A DNA stretch of 64,000 nt from contig CM060732.1 in NCBI GenBank assembly GCA_030704615.1, forward strand, positions 71,486,001-71,550,000, read 5' to 3'. Made by a program: the position numbers and the translations under genes. Within the stretch, counting starts at the first letter, position 1; every line of letters starts with the position of its first letter. Origin of the DNA: Takakia lepidozioides (Eukaryota; Plantae; Bryophyta). The notes under the pieces were generated by a model. It did no database searches and was not told the origin of the DNA. It saw nothing but the letters and a program-made list of their open reading frames with translations. Positions 14,050 through 27,465 of the stretch are shown here, piece by piece.

Positions 14050-17000
14050 GGCAAAGATGGTGCATGACTGGGACACCAACAGTCATTGCCGAGTTTGGGG
14101 TAGACAATTCAGTTAAGCAACCACAACACCACAGTGGTCACAGCAGGGAGTCTGACCTACATGAACTCAAATGTCTAGCTATGGTGTGGACACTGTGGGG
14201 CATATTGTCCGTTTCAGCATTTATCAGCAACAACAGTTACATTTATAACCAACTGTATTGTATCGGAAGGAAGTTGACTCCAACCAAGAGTGCAATGTGA
14301 TCAAGTCTATGGAGCTCAAATCTCGATTGTTGTTGTGTTGTTTCACGTAAGCCTCAATTTGCAAGTCTTGGATGTTATCTAGACAAATATCCTCCGAGTC
14401 TACACCTGTGAACACTGGGAGATCCACCAACCTCAACTTCTCTCTGAATGCATGCCCATCCTACAACCATGTCTAGCTAAAGCAACTAGATGCTTCTTGA
14501 AAGGTGACTTGGGACTGTTCAATTTCTGCCCTATAGACGTCTGAGTAACAAATTTTTGTACATGAGGCATCACCTCGTGGACACCATCAAATACTTTGTA
14601 ACTGTTTTCTGTACCGCAAATGAAAGCTGTTGCTTTACCAAGCTCGCACTGCTTGGTGGTGGGGGCACATTCTCCTCATCCCCATCAAAATTCATTCATC
14701 TTTGGAGTTTGCATACCACATGATGTGTTGAATTCTATATCATTGTAAGCAGTTGTATAAGTTACTGAATGTGATCATCATTCCAATATATGTGTTTAGA
14801 TACGTTGTTTGACTTGCTAAGTAGCTCTGCTCAAAAAATATGAAAGCTCTACTGCTGCAAGGTTATAAGATTAAGTGGACTCTCAATTCTCTAAATCTTA
14901 CAACAAAACTGCAGTTCTATCAGGAGACATTTTGGCCCTTGACGAAAGAATCTTGTCGGGCCATTTACCTTTCTGCAGCTCTATGTTCCTCTCTTCTAAG
15001 GGTATTGGGGAGGTACAGGATGGGCTCCTAGGATAGAGACTAGTAGGTGCGACCACCTGCATGTGAGGCCGCTATGCCCTGCTGCTTGCGCTGGGAAAAA
15101 CAGGGAAATCGAAAGTGAAGAATATTTCTTCTTTGCCCAGCTTCTACTATGAGATCTCTTTTCGTGTTTTTCTTTCTTTCTCTTGTCCCATAAGCATTGG
15201 CTTGGCCACATGCAGGTACCTGCATCTGCTCTGTTCTGCAGTGCATGTTTGGGTGACAGAGAAGAGAGAAGGAGATCTTACTACTGAGATGATCATCTAC
15301 ATTTATATGTTTTTCAGTCTTTTGTTGAAGCCGTGAGGGCTTGAGTGCAAGGCAGGCAGTGCAAGCACTTGAGAGGCTGGTTTCATGACACCCATCACTG
15401 TGAGCTTGCCGCATTCACGTCCATTTTCATTTCCGACCAGCATTTCAAGCTCTTGTGGACACATGATCTATACCTCTCTCTCTCTTTCTACTTCTGTCCT
15501 GTGTCTTTTCCCTTGCTCTTTTACATTGAAGTTTGAGAAAATGCAAGGTGATGAGCAGTTCAGAAAATCCAACATTGACAGATTTACCCACCACTGAAGC
15601 AAGAGTGACTTTCCAATGTTTGCTCTTCAGAATATACTAAATCAGGTGCTCATTAATTCTGCTTGGCATCTGTTTGACGAATGGTAAGCACATCCAAAAC
15701 ATGTGCTGTGACTCTGCATTTTCTCAGTCCACACAGCGAGGTGCAAGGTTTGCACTGGCTTTACTGCAGAAAGCCCCACGTTCCCAGCTGATGCTGATCT
15801 GGTTTTTCCAACAAAACCAGCAACCAGTGAGACTATTCTCAACGTTGGAACTTTGGAGATCCTGTGAAGGTCGACAGCACTGAAAATCTCCTGAAGTAGG
15901 TAGTTCTCGCTGTCTTGGTATAAAGCCCTGGCTGTTCCCCGATCGAATGGATTCGCTGCCCTCCTATCTGTCTGCTCAGCATACTCCATCTGCATCATGT
16001 CCTGTTGAAATGCACACTTTCAGAGTGTTTCATGGTACATAGTTAAATCGATAGGACGTCCAAAGAGAACGTCATCTTGAATTGCCTTGAATTGCGCCAT
16101 TTTAAGTCTAGGAGGACTGGGCAAAGAAGGCAGTGCTCCCACTTAACTCACCTGCAACAAACCTTCGCCCTGGCAGCTGCAAGAAAAAAACAATGAAAGA
16201 AGAGAGAGAGAGAGAGAGAGAGATTCTGAGGATGTGTCTGGGGATGTGTTCAATGTTCTGGTGGCTAATGCTGCTTGATGTTAGAGTTCCATTGTCTTTG
16301 AGAACTCATATCCCTAAGGGAGTTAAGAGACCAAAAAGTGGGTATCATGCCAGCCAGCTTCATCCAAGAAAGGATGCCAGCAGTGACTCTTCGCCCCAAC
16401 CTTTCCCACAGCTAGGGGGAGAACCCAAGGAACTTCAATATTGATTTAAATTGTAAGTGTGGGATCCCTCCACTTATAGCATGCTCTTTCCACAGACTCT
16501 TCCTTATGTCCCCATACGACGGTCTCATTACTGCATTTCCTTCAAGCTCACTGCTCCATAAATACCTGTCCAAGTGATCAAGAGAGACCAGTACCTGCCT
16601 GCAATTAAGTATGGGCTCAGTGAAATTTTTGCATATGCCTCTAGTTCCCAGAAAATCCAAAGCTTGCTCTATTGTTTATTTTGTTTCGCCACAACGGCAC
16701 GAAGGTTGAGCTTCATTTAACTTGAGTCATAGCCACAACCTCAGCAACCACTGACTAATATTTATCTAAGGGCCTCATCAAACGGCAGGACGAACCTGGA
16801 ACATCCTGCCAAGTCATTCTGTGTTCTAAGATTGAAAGTATTGTTTGTTGAATGGATGGATGGAATGCAGGTCTTGCGAAGCAGTGTTCCAAGTTCTTGT
16901 GCTGTTGTTGCTCTAGCTCTGCACAAACTTGGGTGCAACCTCTAACCGAGATGTTGAATTTGTTCATGCAATCGCTCCTCTCAGGGATTGCACATTTCTC

Positions 17001-19215
17001 TTTTGGGCCATTAGAGGCTTCTTAACAGCAGATTCTGGCAATGGATTACAAGGATTATTCACTGGGGTGGTGTGCCCCCTCTGTATGCATACAACCATAT
17101 GTGGGTCTAAATGGATGCATTATACTCAAGTTAATTTTAGTACATATGTGTGCAAAAGGTTTGAACTCATTCATGGTGGGTGTGATCCTACATTTTTTGT
17201 GTGTTTGCAGATGAGGCTCTTGGAATCAGGTTGGACTCTGGCGACCTTTAATAATTTTCCCTAGAAACACACGTCTTTCTGCACAATTGAGAAGGAATTT
17301 GGTGTCACAGGCTTTGGGAATCTTCTTATGTTTGCCGGTAACGACATCAATGAAGACATCCTGGATGCCCTCTGGAAACGGGTCCATAACATGTCCAAAC
17401 AACTTTTGTGGGGATACATATACCACTGAGTGTCCGAGGGATTTTGTCTACAAGGGTGACACATTTTATTGACGTCTTTCCTGAAGTACCCTGTGGCATA
17501 TAGTCATGGTTGTGTTCAATACCCCACCAATTCAGAGTTGACCACCATGTGTGTTTACCGACCAGAGAGTATTGGGGAGGGACAGGCAGTGGATGCCTTT
17601 GGAATCGGCACACATATGGCGACATGCTTTATGCAACCAGCACTTGGCCATGTCTACAACCTCAGTGGGCAGCCTTGAATCAAACTCTCTAAAGACTTGG
17701 GGCAAAGGTTGCTGTCCCTGCTGCAACTATATTTTTGCTGGTTGTCAGAAGCAAGACACATCCTACGTCGGCATCCATTCAGTGAGTCCAAGAGAGCATA
17801 TGTGGTCCCTTCATGTGTGGAGGCTATCTTTAAGCTATTGGGCTGGCAAGTCTCCTATATCTGCTTGATTTCCCCGCTCTCCATCTGTCAAGCTTTTGAT
17901 GGGCAATTGAGCAATCAGAGCACCGTGATTTTACTGTGGTAATCCCCTTTACGGCCTACGGTGGAGACTACTAACTGGTTGTGTAGAGACTTCTGGAGCA
18001 GAAAAGGCTCACAGGTAGGCTGGGTGACAGTGTAAGTGGCTGGGGAAAATGCCCAACTCCTCTGGGCCAAGGAGGCAGTCTAGCTTTGGACGCTGTCACT
18101 CTCCTGTCCTCTACATTCTGGACCCAATGGTTAATGATTGTTTAAAGGGACATGCAGAGGCCTACCCTATATCAATATGAAAGTTATGTCCATTTGGGCA
18201 CTTGTAGGCAATGTCCGTTCTGCCATAGTGATGGAATTGCTGGTTCCATGAATGCTGACAGGATGAAGATATAGCAAAACAACCTCTCCCCCGCATTTCA
18301 CACCCAGGATGCTTTAGTAGGACCAATCTTGTTGCATATATAGTGGCTACCAGACCTAATTCGTCCTGTTGCAATCACAAGGTCTGGCAGGTGGAGAGTG
18401 GTTTTGTGGAGTTGGTCTTCTGCTTATTAAGAGTGAAATATGTTCACCAATCCACTGCCATCAAGCTGAAAAAGCGTTGTTTGCAGCAATTAGCTGCTAT
18501 GTGTGCTCTCAACCCCATGCCCCAGCCATCTCTCTGTGTTTGACTTGCTTTTCCACTGTGCTTTCCTCTTCCAAGGAACAGCCTGTCGTACAACCTGCCT
18601 GTCTGTAATGCACTGCCTGATTTTTTTTCTCTCATTCTCGTGGGGCCAAGACTCCTGATTGACAGAACCCAGCATGTGTCCAAATATATCTCTAGTGCCT
18701 CTGATTGGATCTGAGGCTTTGGGGTTAATTTTTGGATCACGCGATGGGAGAGCGTGAAGGATATCTGCCAACCTGAGAATCAAGCTGGAGTGAACCTCAA
18801 TGATAGTAGTGCCTCATCTGCCTTTATCCTGTCCTCTTGTTCCCCTTCTTTCCACTCCCTCAGAACTTGGGGTAGGGTCTAGGCCAGAAGGGTATGGAAA
18901 TTATAGGCCATCTCTATCCATTCTGAGAATATGGTGAGGAGTGCAGCTGACCTGTTCTGGCGCGGGATCTGTTGGTCATCTGTTTAAATTGGTTGGAAAG
19001 GTGTAGTAGTTGGAAGAGCTTTTTCCTTCTTGCTCTCGGTGATTGCACTTCCAGTCGACTTCCAGTAGACGGTTTGCACATTATCGCTTAATGATGAAGT
19101 GACCAGTAGAGAAATGTTTTGCCAGGAGTCAGTATGAGTTTTTTGAAAATGTTCTTTTGGTGATATTCCTACACTTCTCTTTGTCATCACAACGAAGACC
19201 GCTTTTACTTTGCTG
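14050..19215 (-). pseudogene. Long decayed coding-like region of unknown family
   Basis: A series of protein-like minus-strand segments (14224-14436, 15642-15998, 16412-16660, 16755-16967, 17226-17726 in one frame, 18162-19190) broken by stops and frameshifts. An LPQV[FL]RE motif recurs twice. No family recognised. Confidence 0.35.
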
Positions 19216-19527
19216 AAGACAGACGAGGCAAATTTGAAGAGCTAATGAGTAAACAAGATGTTGTAAGTTTGATGACCAAGATAACAAGTCTCTCAATGCT
19301 GGGGAGTGTGAAGTTCAATCAAACGTTTCATTGCATAACGGACATAGTCCATATACATACTCAAAAATGATTGTGACTCTCCTTCCTACCTAAACCTTTA
19401 GACAGAGTCATATGGTACACCACCTTATTGGGCGATACTGTCTGCAATTCGGACAGAGTATTTCAGACATTTAGGTGTCAAACAGGAATTCCATAATCAA
19501 AGTGTGCTAACAGTTATTTCAGTTGAT

Positions 19528-20331
19528 TTACAATGCTGTATTGAGTCTCTGGGCACGGCGCTCCCTGACCAAAGCCCGCTTTCTGGATTCGTTATCAGCT
19601 GCGCGAGCAATCTTCTGTCTCTTCCTCTCTGTAAAGGGATGGCACAAACCACAGCATATAATATGTAATTCCAACGAATCAAAAGCACTACACATACTCT
19701 CCCACGTACAGACGGCTTCCCGGCCCAAATATCAGACCAGGATGTCAAAATGGAAGCAACATCAACAACATTGAGAGAGAGACGCTCACTTTCTAAAAAC
19801 TAACAAAGCATACATGAAATCCAGGAAAACCGTCAACTCCAGAGAAGTAGTACCTGTGGCAGCAGCTTTGATGTTCTGGGTGGAATCCTTAGCTGCAGTT
19901 CTCCGAATGGGGTGGATGGGATGGCTAATAGTGTAGAAAACAAGGCGCATATTGGCTCGCAAGTACGACAACTTCTCTCCCGCCACAGCACCAGCGACAG
20001 CGATTCTTCTTCCACCAGCTGCGCGCAAGTCCACGAACTTCACATTCGGGGAGGAGAGCTTGTTCTCAACAACTGCACCGGGAGCGCTCTTCCGCCCTCG
20101 AAATCCTTTCATGTTTCTGAATCCAGTGTTGGTGGTGCCTGTGCCAGCCCCCCCCCTTGTCCCCATGCCACCAACTCCAGTTCCCATTCCAGTTCCTGCT
20201 GTCCCCATGCCTCCAACTCCATTTCCGAGTCCGGTTCCTGCTGTCCCCATGCCACCATCTCCATTTCCGATTCCAGTTCCCGCTGTGTTTCCGTAGCCAG
20301 CTGCTGCAGCGCTTCGCTTTCCAAATGCCAT
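19528..20331 (-). CDS. Gly/Thr-rich basic protein, LEA-like / putative ABA-responsive, 2 exons, ~192 aa
   Basis: ATG at 20331. Exon 1 is 20331-19854, a phase-1 GT..AG intron spans 19853-19629, exon 2 is 19628-19528 (TAA). Three to four TAGTGxG[NT]GxGGMG-type repeats, then a basic helical C-terminus (AAATERKRQKIARAADNESRKRALVRERRAQRL). The LEA assignment is inferred from composition and promoter. Confidence 0.75.
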
Positions 20332-20598
20332 GATCTTCAAGTACCTAGCTGCAGATCCTTCTCACAATCTCAAACACTGACAAAATCTCTCGGAAATGAC
20401 TCGGAAATCTGGTAGCTGTCAATTGAGCACTGCAAGTGTGCAATCTCTAAAACAGCAATGACGATGTTTTGGTCACGACGATGGAATTCTCGAAGAAAAA
20501 ACTGAGATTACTGGACAAAGCCGAAAACAAATGGAGATGTTGAAGCAACACTGAGATGACTGATGTATGCTGATGTTGCAGGCCGCTCTGTGGGCTGC

Positions 20599-20745
20599 TT
20601 TATATACTCGGGATTCTGGACCCACCCTTTGCACGCGTCAATCTAGAACTGACACACGTGTGAGAAACGAATCTCCCACCTCCATCCACACCACATCACA
20701 CCAATGAGTCGTAGCCTGCCACGTAGATGTTTAGGGACACGTGTC
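20599..20745 (-). promoter_or_regulatory. TATA box plus ABRE/G-box cluster upstream of the Gly-rich gene
   Basis: On the minus strand: TATATAAA (20606-20599), CE3-like ACGCGTG (~20632-20638), G-box CACGTG (20655-20660), ABRE TACGTGGC (20725-20718) and palindromic GACACGTGTC (20736-20745). Confidence 0.7.
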
Positions 20746-20888
20746 GAATATTCACCAGCTTATATTTTTGGGTTCTTTTCTTCCTTTTGTTTTATTTTTT
20801 TGTAAGTTGTTTTGTTGGGTAGCATTAATTTAATAAAATTAATTTGGAGGTTGTGGTTGTGGCACGGCTAATATTTTTTAGTATTGGC

Positions 20889-22560
20889 TCTACTAAGGAG
20901 AGGCCACGCATCCATACTCCTCTCATTTTACAATATTAGTGGCGGTGGGCCCCACGCACGGACGCCCGGCTCCCCCCCTGCGCCCGCTCCCCCGCGGCTG
21001 CAACAGCCGCGGCCGGTCCACTGTGCCAGTCCCCTCACGTCCTCCCTGTCAGTCTGCCCGCCAGTCCGCTGCCCATGAGTCCGCTCCTCGTCAGTCTGCC
21101 GGATAGCCAGTCTGCTGGCCAGTACGCTGGAGGCCAGTCCGCTGCGCCAGTTCCCCAACTTCCAGTCCGCCGACAAGGCCCGATGTGGGCCGTCCGCTCC
21201 TAAATCCCATCTGAGCCCTCCATTTTTAGGGCCTAAACCCTGCGACCAAATCCGGCCTGTCTCTTGTGAGGGCTCTTTGTTGTCCGATGTTGCGATAGGC
21301 GTTTCCACGCACGCCCGTCTTCTTCTTGTACACGAGCAACGTTGATGATGATGAGGGGTGTGCCTGAACATGGCAGGACTGTTAGGGCGGGCTCTACAGC
21401 CACCATCGTGCATATGCTTCCACTATTTTTGCCTTTTTGTTGTGCTTTAGGGAACCTTGGGCTTTCTGGTATGGTTGTATGTCATAAATATGCTACTGCC
21501 TTATCTGTCCTCCATATCGTCATCTGCTTCTGATCCCTCATGATACGCTTAACGCCTTCGTTTTGCATCTGTTCTGAGAGGCTTGACCCCTTCGTACTGC
21601 AACCGAACCCATGAGGGCGGAAATCGCGGAAGCATATGCACATGGGGGAGTGTATACATTGCAGATCTCATATCGAACGGCAGGACTGTTGAGGGGACCA
21701 AGTAAAAAGGCTTGCAAGGAACGTGCACAAGTTGTGCATAATGGAGAATCCGAAGAAATGATGTTTTGTGAAGGATCCAGATCATATGATAAAGGGGTTG
21801 GCAGCAGACTCCAGCATTCCTGCTCATCGTGTCAACGGACATGATCCACTCTTAAGGTCCTTAAACATCCACAAGGTCTGGTTGAATGCACAGGTCTCAG
21901 CCATGATCGTCTCATTACTGAAGCGGAAGCAGAATCTGTACATTGCCCAGTTTTGAAGGAGGAGAGGTGGCTGAGACATGTGGAGTCTGCCAGATCGCGT
22001 GGATGTTTGTGGCGTTTAGGAGTGCATCTTCTCCGTTGACAATTGAGGACAATGACGACAATTCAGATATCAGTCCGATGTATTGTCACTTTATCAGTCC
22101 ATTCTGCCGCGGGTCTACGAGCATTGGGTCTGCTGGCACGTCAGTGCCAGCAATATCCCTCTTCAGGCCTAAATATCATGTCGTCAGTCTGTTGAACCGT
22201 AGGTGTGCTGGAAGTCTATCTGTTGGGATATCAGTCTGTTGCACTTGTCACTTTCTGAGCCAGTTCTGCCGGGAGTCTGCTGATGCAAAGTGGGAGACAG
22301 TTGTGGTTGAGGGTTGGGTCTGTTCAACTTTCCCTCAGTCTCTTCTCCCGTCAGTCTGCTGGCTTCTTCTCCCATCAGACTCTCGTCAGTCTGTTGAACC
22401 CTCCTTTGCTAGATACTCCTCTATGGATATCAGTCTGTTATGCCGCCAGACTCTTCGAAGTGGGACTGTTCGACTTTCTTGTTTACCCTCAGTCTCGTAT
22501 ACCATCAGTATGTTGAACCGTAAATAAAAACTAAGAAACCCAAAAGGTCCTAAACCCTAA
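20889..22560. mobile_element. Unclassified transposon fragment (possible Helitron 5' end) with CAGTC(T/C)G repeats
   Basis: Abrupt shift from AT-rich to GC-rich DNA at TCTACTAAGG. Many CAGTCTG/CAGTCCG motifs at 21040-21170 and 22070-22510, with decayed coding fragments at 21600-22000. Confidence 0.35.
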
Positions 22561-23764
22561 ACCCAGAAAGGCAGGTCGTCGCCTCCTGCGACACCCTCGC
22601 GTCGCATTTGGCGACAAGTTTTTTTCAAATTTTTACCTGGGAGTCGCACCCCGCAACGGAAAGCCGTCGCGGGGGGCGACATATTTTTTTATTTATGGGG
22701 CCGGGGGTCGCAAGCAACGACGACCAGCCGTCGCAAATACCATTTTTACATTTTAAAAAAGGGCGGGGCGCAGGCGTTCGACGGCCGGGCGTCGCACGTA
22801 GGCGCCGCGCCCTTTTTTTTTTCCCCAAGTGCTTGAAGCACCTCTTTCCCCTCCCATTTTCCTTTGTTCTTTAGGAGAGAGGTAATTCAGAGAGTGGGGT
22901 TTAGGGTAGAGGAGAAACGCACCTGCTGCTGAGCCCGAGGTGGTCGCAAGGCCCCAAGGAGTTTGCCCCAACGCCGCTCCAACGCTCAAAGTAAGCAACG
23001 CCTCCTCCCTCACTTTCTCTCTTGCTTTCTTGCCCTAAGCACGGGCTGATGTCTCTCTCCCATGTGTGGTAGGAACGCCGCGCAGAGGCGCGTTGTAAAC
23101 GAGCTGAAGAGAGACAAATAGCCGTGGTGAGCGAGGGAGAGACACCCTGCAGCGGCGGGGACCCGCGCCGTTGGCAGCCGCGAAAGCACCGCAGCAGCTC
23201 GCTGCGCCAGCTCGCTTCAAGCAGCAGCAGCAGCAGCAGAGGTACGTCAGGGAAATTGCACTCTCCCTTTCCTCTCTGCTTCTGTTTACTGTTCAAAGGT
23301 AGTCTTCCTGCCCTGAGTTTAAATTTTGGTCTGGTGCCAAGAGTGGGATAGACCCTTGAGCATGATGTCCTTCCCCATGTCATAGACTGGAAAGGTTCAG
23401 GGAAGTTTTCTTCCTAACTTCATTTTCACCGGACAATTTTCTGGTAACAGACATGGCTTTGGACACTATGATGTCGACCTTATGTGGTCCAAGTCTTGAG
23501 TATTAGGCTGATGGTGCCACAGGTTGAAAGAAGTGATTGGACCGGGTGTGGCAGTTGGAGCCTACATCCTCACTATTTTGCGGTATGGTTGGAATAAGCC
23601 TCACGTGGTTCAAAGAACATTGTGAAAAATGATTTACAAAAAACTGTATGTGGAGTGAAAAGTTGAATAAGGTAGTTCTCTTGTTATGTTTCCTAAAAGG
23701 TAGAGAGGGCTAAATTATAAGTATTGCTGGAATTGACCTCATATCATCATTTTTTATGATGCAG

Positions 23765-24640
23765 ATGTCGATAAGTGTACGTTCTCTATCTTAGAAGTGT
23801 GCTCCATTCAAAGTGGGTGTGGGGTCTAAAGCTCGAAGTCTATTGTCTGATTGACTCAACTACAAACCACCTGCGTGGAATCTTATGCAAGCTAGAGTAG
23901 ATAAACTATTAGGTAGACCGCCTTCTTTACTACAATGGCTGGAGAATCTGGGAATATGGGAGATTGTCTCTACTACTTCAGTTCAGCATGCTTCCAATTG
24001 AACTTTCTGGTGGTAATTGTCCTGCAGCGGTAGAATGGGCCAAGTTTGGTGCATTTTGGACGAATGGGTAGATTTGTAGTGCAACATCTCGTTTGTTATT
24101 ATAGGTCTTTCCTCAGATGATACAAATAAACAGATCATGTTTCTATCCAATGTCAAACATACTTGTGTGTGAATTACATATACGGTGAATTTGAAGCAAA
24201 CGCAATTAATGAGCAGGTAGTTGATGCACTGCAAGAGGAAAGCACAACAGTTGTAATATGGCACATTCTCCCCAATCAAGAAACAAAAAATGGTGGATAG
24301 AGCCTTGGAAGGTTGAAGACAAAGATCCTAAGCATTTCATGTATGTTCCCTCGGAGAAGTGGACTCATGGGGAAAATGGGGACGGTGAAGTCCATCGGGA
24401 TGAAACAATCAGACCTGATGTTTTGCCCGATGATGGAGCGTATGCTCATTTGATTGGTGATACTGTTGGGGTTGAAGTAGTTGAGGGCGAAGAAGTGTTT
24501 GATGATGGAATAGAACCCGTAGCTGTTGTTGAGCAGGAAGTCCAGCACATCATTCAGGCATGCTTGACCTTCTAAAAGAACACATTCCTCTAGATTATAA
24601 ACCAGCTGGGCCAATTTCTCCAACAGTGTCTTTTGAAGGT
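23765..24640 (+). pseudogene. Heavily decayed CACTA transposase (TnpD C-terminal) remnant
   Basis: Located between the CACTA 5' region and TnpA. YTVNL...KAQQL...KKWW followed by an acidic tail resembles the TnpD C-terminus; many stops. Confidence 0.35.
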
Positions 24641-25170
24641 AATCAGATATTCAAATCTACGTTAGTAAGTCAACTAAATGGAAATCCATTTCTCTCCATA
24701 GATTGACTTGTGTTCGCAATTCTATATACTTCAACAACTCAGAGTCTTATATGAAGGCAACAACATCTACAATCACTTGTTTGTTGGGATTGGGCAGCGA
24801 TTGTGGAGTTTATTTCATTCAAATGATATCCACGCAATTGTCATCTTCGGTGAAGGCAGTACAGAAACGACATAAGGGCAAACGGGCAGCCAATGGTGTG
24901 CCTGCAGCCATCACTGCTGCACTGGATCAGGGCACTTGGGTCTCTAAGTCAGGTTTATCCAGCAAGGTCAAGACTTGCGGGTCCAGATTCAGATCCTTGA
25001 GAATCTCTTCTACTCTCTTCTCCCAGGGCTTACCCTGTTTGACAGGGCGGTGATGTTTCCAAGATATAGAGTCGATTAACTTAGGATATCTGGTGTTGGA
25101 CATATGTTGTAGCTGAACCTGCCATCTGACCTTGAATTTATCTCGTCATGAGCTTAAAAGAGAGCAACAC

Positions 25171-25173
<3 letters not shown>

Positions 25174-25225
<52 letters not shown>
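25174..25225 (+). repeat. (AG)n microsatellite, ~26 units
   Basis: Direct read. Confidence 0.95.
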
Positions 25226-25228
<3 letters not shown>

Positions 25229-27465
25229 AGATATTCATGTCATGTCAAGATATGGACAAGACCCACTAGGGTCATTGTCAATTAAAGACATAAACAACCC
25301 AAAACAGGGCACCATCTAACATTTCCATTCTTGTCATAGCTTCCCATGAATTGACATCACCCAATCAGTCATGATAAAACAGGGTGGGAGGGCGGGGTTT
25401 GTTCATGTAGGGGATGCAAGCATCTTGAACACCCGAGATCCAGCCATCTTGGCCAATGAATCATTTGTTCATGTGTGGGACAAGATAAGATATTGTTGCC
25501 CCTGTGCAGGCTACAAGGCCTCTTGGTTCAGCCTGTACACATACCTTACCAGCACAAAAATGTTGAGGTCATGCAAAGGGCAAGGTACCATGGCCCAGCC
25601 TGCCCTATTACCATTTCAAGACACGTTTTCACACAGGTGTCTTGGACATGATCCACAGGTTGCAGCAACTTACCTTTTCAGCCATTAATTAGGGCACGTC
25701 ATGCATCAGCCAAGGCATAAGGACCAGCCTGCAGTTTGTCAGAATCACAATATGCCACCAAGCAATCCAACTTGGGCAAGATGAAATAAATTCCATATCA
25801 TTTGTATTCACCCCGAGACATATGATCAAACAATGTGTCAAGGGAATGTGAATTCAGCCTGTCAAAATGCAGGTTCAAGACTTGTACCTACAAGCAGCTT
25901 GAACAGCCGAGATCCAACCTCTTTTGCATATAAAAAACCAGTTTGCAGGTCATAGGCCTGATGTCATGACAGAGCCGGCCAAAACGCAGGCTGTAGCATG
26001 CCAAACCAGGGGCAGTCAGGTTGAAATCGGGGCTACAGGCAGCAGCCACCTCACAGCGCAAAAACCCATAGGTCTCCTCAGCCCATATCCCAATCTGCAT
26101 GCTCAAGAAACTTCAAAGTAGGTGAGGATCCTCACCTGGTCCCATCACAAGCCCCCACAAAAACCAACAGGTTAGTGAGGATTGTGGAACCCCAGGTGAA
26201 TCACAGACCCTCACACTTGTTATCGATGTCAACTAAGAAACTCAAAAGCAAGAGAAAGAGATAAGATGAGAATCCCTAAACTCCAAAGGCACCTTAAGCG
26301 ATTGGGGAAGAGGGTTATGCGCCATCACTACCCGCAGCAAGCCGCCTCCACAAAGCACATAAGCAATGAAGCAAAGCAGGCACAATCGCAAGGCACTAGA
26401 AAGGAGGGAGAGAACTTCCCATCGTAAGTGCCCTTGCTAAGCACAAAGAAAAGCCAGAGGAGGGAAGATGCTCCTGCATTCATAGCGGTGTTTCCCGCTG
26501 CAAGAGAGACAAGGCGCCGCCTTCACGCCCCCCAGGCGCTCGTCCAGCATGGGTACAACACCACAAACGGGGCAGCCACCGAAGCACGTCCGCCATAACA
26601 CTCTCCTCGCGAGCTCAGAAGCACATCGCGTGCTTCTGACAGCGGGAGAGACGACATAGGGTTTTTTGTCCCCCGATTATTCATCCGTGGATGAAAAACA
26701 GTAGGACGCACCCGTATACCCTGACGGAATTCATCCGCATCAAGGTTAACAATAGGTTTTGGGGTAGGGGTTAGGGTTTCCACCGTAATTAATCATAATT
26801 AGGGGTAGTAAAGATCAATTCCAGGCCATAATCACATCATCCATAGACAGATCACTTGTGTCAGGATGAAAAAACAGGGAATAACATACGATGCACGCCT
26901 TGGGGTACTTACATTTGGCCAAATGTGAAGCTGCAATATGGTTTGCCATGCCCAAGAAGTTTACTTGATGGCATGCCCGAAGTGTAATTAATTGCAGGCT
27001 GGTCCTTCCAGTTGCCTATGTGTACATTCCCTGAATGTGTTGTAGGGTAGGCTGTTCTTACCTACTTTGCATAATGCTTGTCTTGGATCACCTCAAGGTA
27101 CTTGTGTATACATATCTTGGATCTGTAACGTGGCAAGATGTTCTTATATGCCCATGATATCTTGCATGGTGCATATCTTATGGATAACTATGGATGATGT
27201 AATCTGAGGCTGCAATCTGACTTATATTGTGCAAGAGGGTCACTTGGGTACATGACAGGAATCTGATTATGAACATACCCCACCCTCCCACCCTGTTTTA
27301 TCATGACTGAGTGGGTGGCGTCACTTGGTGTGTTATGACAAGACTGGAAATGTTAGATGGTGCCCTGTCATGGGGCTGTTTATGTCTTTAATTGACAATG
27401 AACCTAGTTGGTCTTGTCCATGTCTTGACATGACATGAATATCTTCCCACTCTCTCCCTCTCTCT
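25215..27465. repeat. Long inverted repeat: arms ~25215-25405 and ~27270-27465, with weaker similarity extending inward
   Basis: GGGAAGATATTCATGTCATGTCAAGA...CAGTCATGATAAAACAGGGTGGGAGGG is the reverse complement of CCCTCCCACCCTGTTTTATCATGACTG...TCTTGACATGACATGAATATCTTCCC. Also AAGGACCAGCCTGCA (~25720) versus TGCAGGCTGGTCCTT (~26993). Confidence 0.85.

Noticed and set aside
18162-18230. YKCPNGH as an RZ-type zinc finger (ZNFX1/RNF213)
   Set aside because: The downstream IGECG and Cys ligands are missing; too short to support.
19912-20415. Pro-rich and Ser-rich plus-strand ORFs
   Set aside because: Antisense to the Gly-rich gene; promoter and splice signals support the minus strand.
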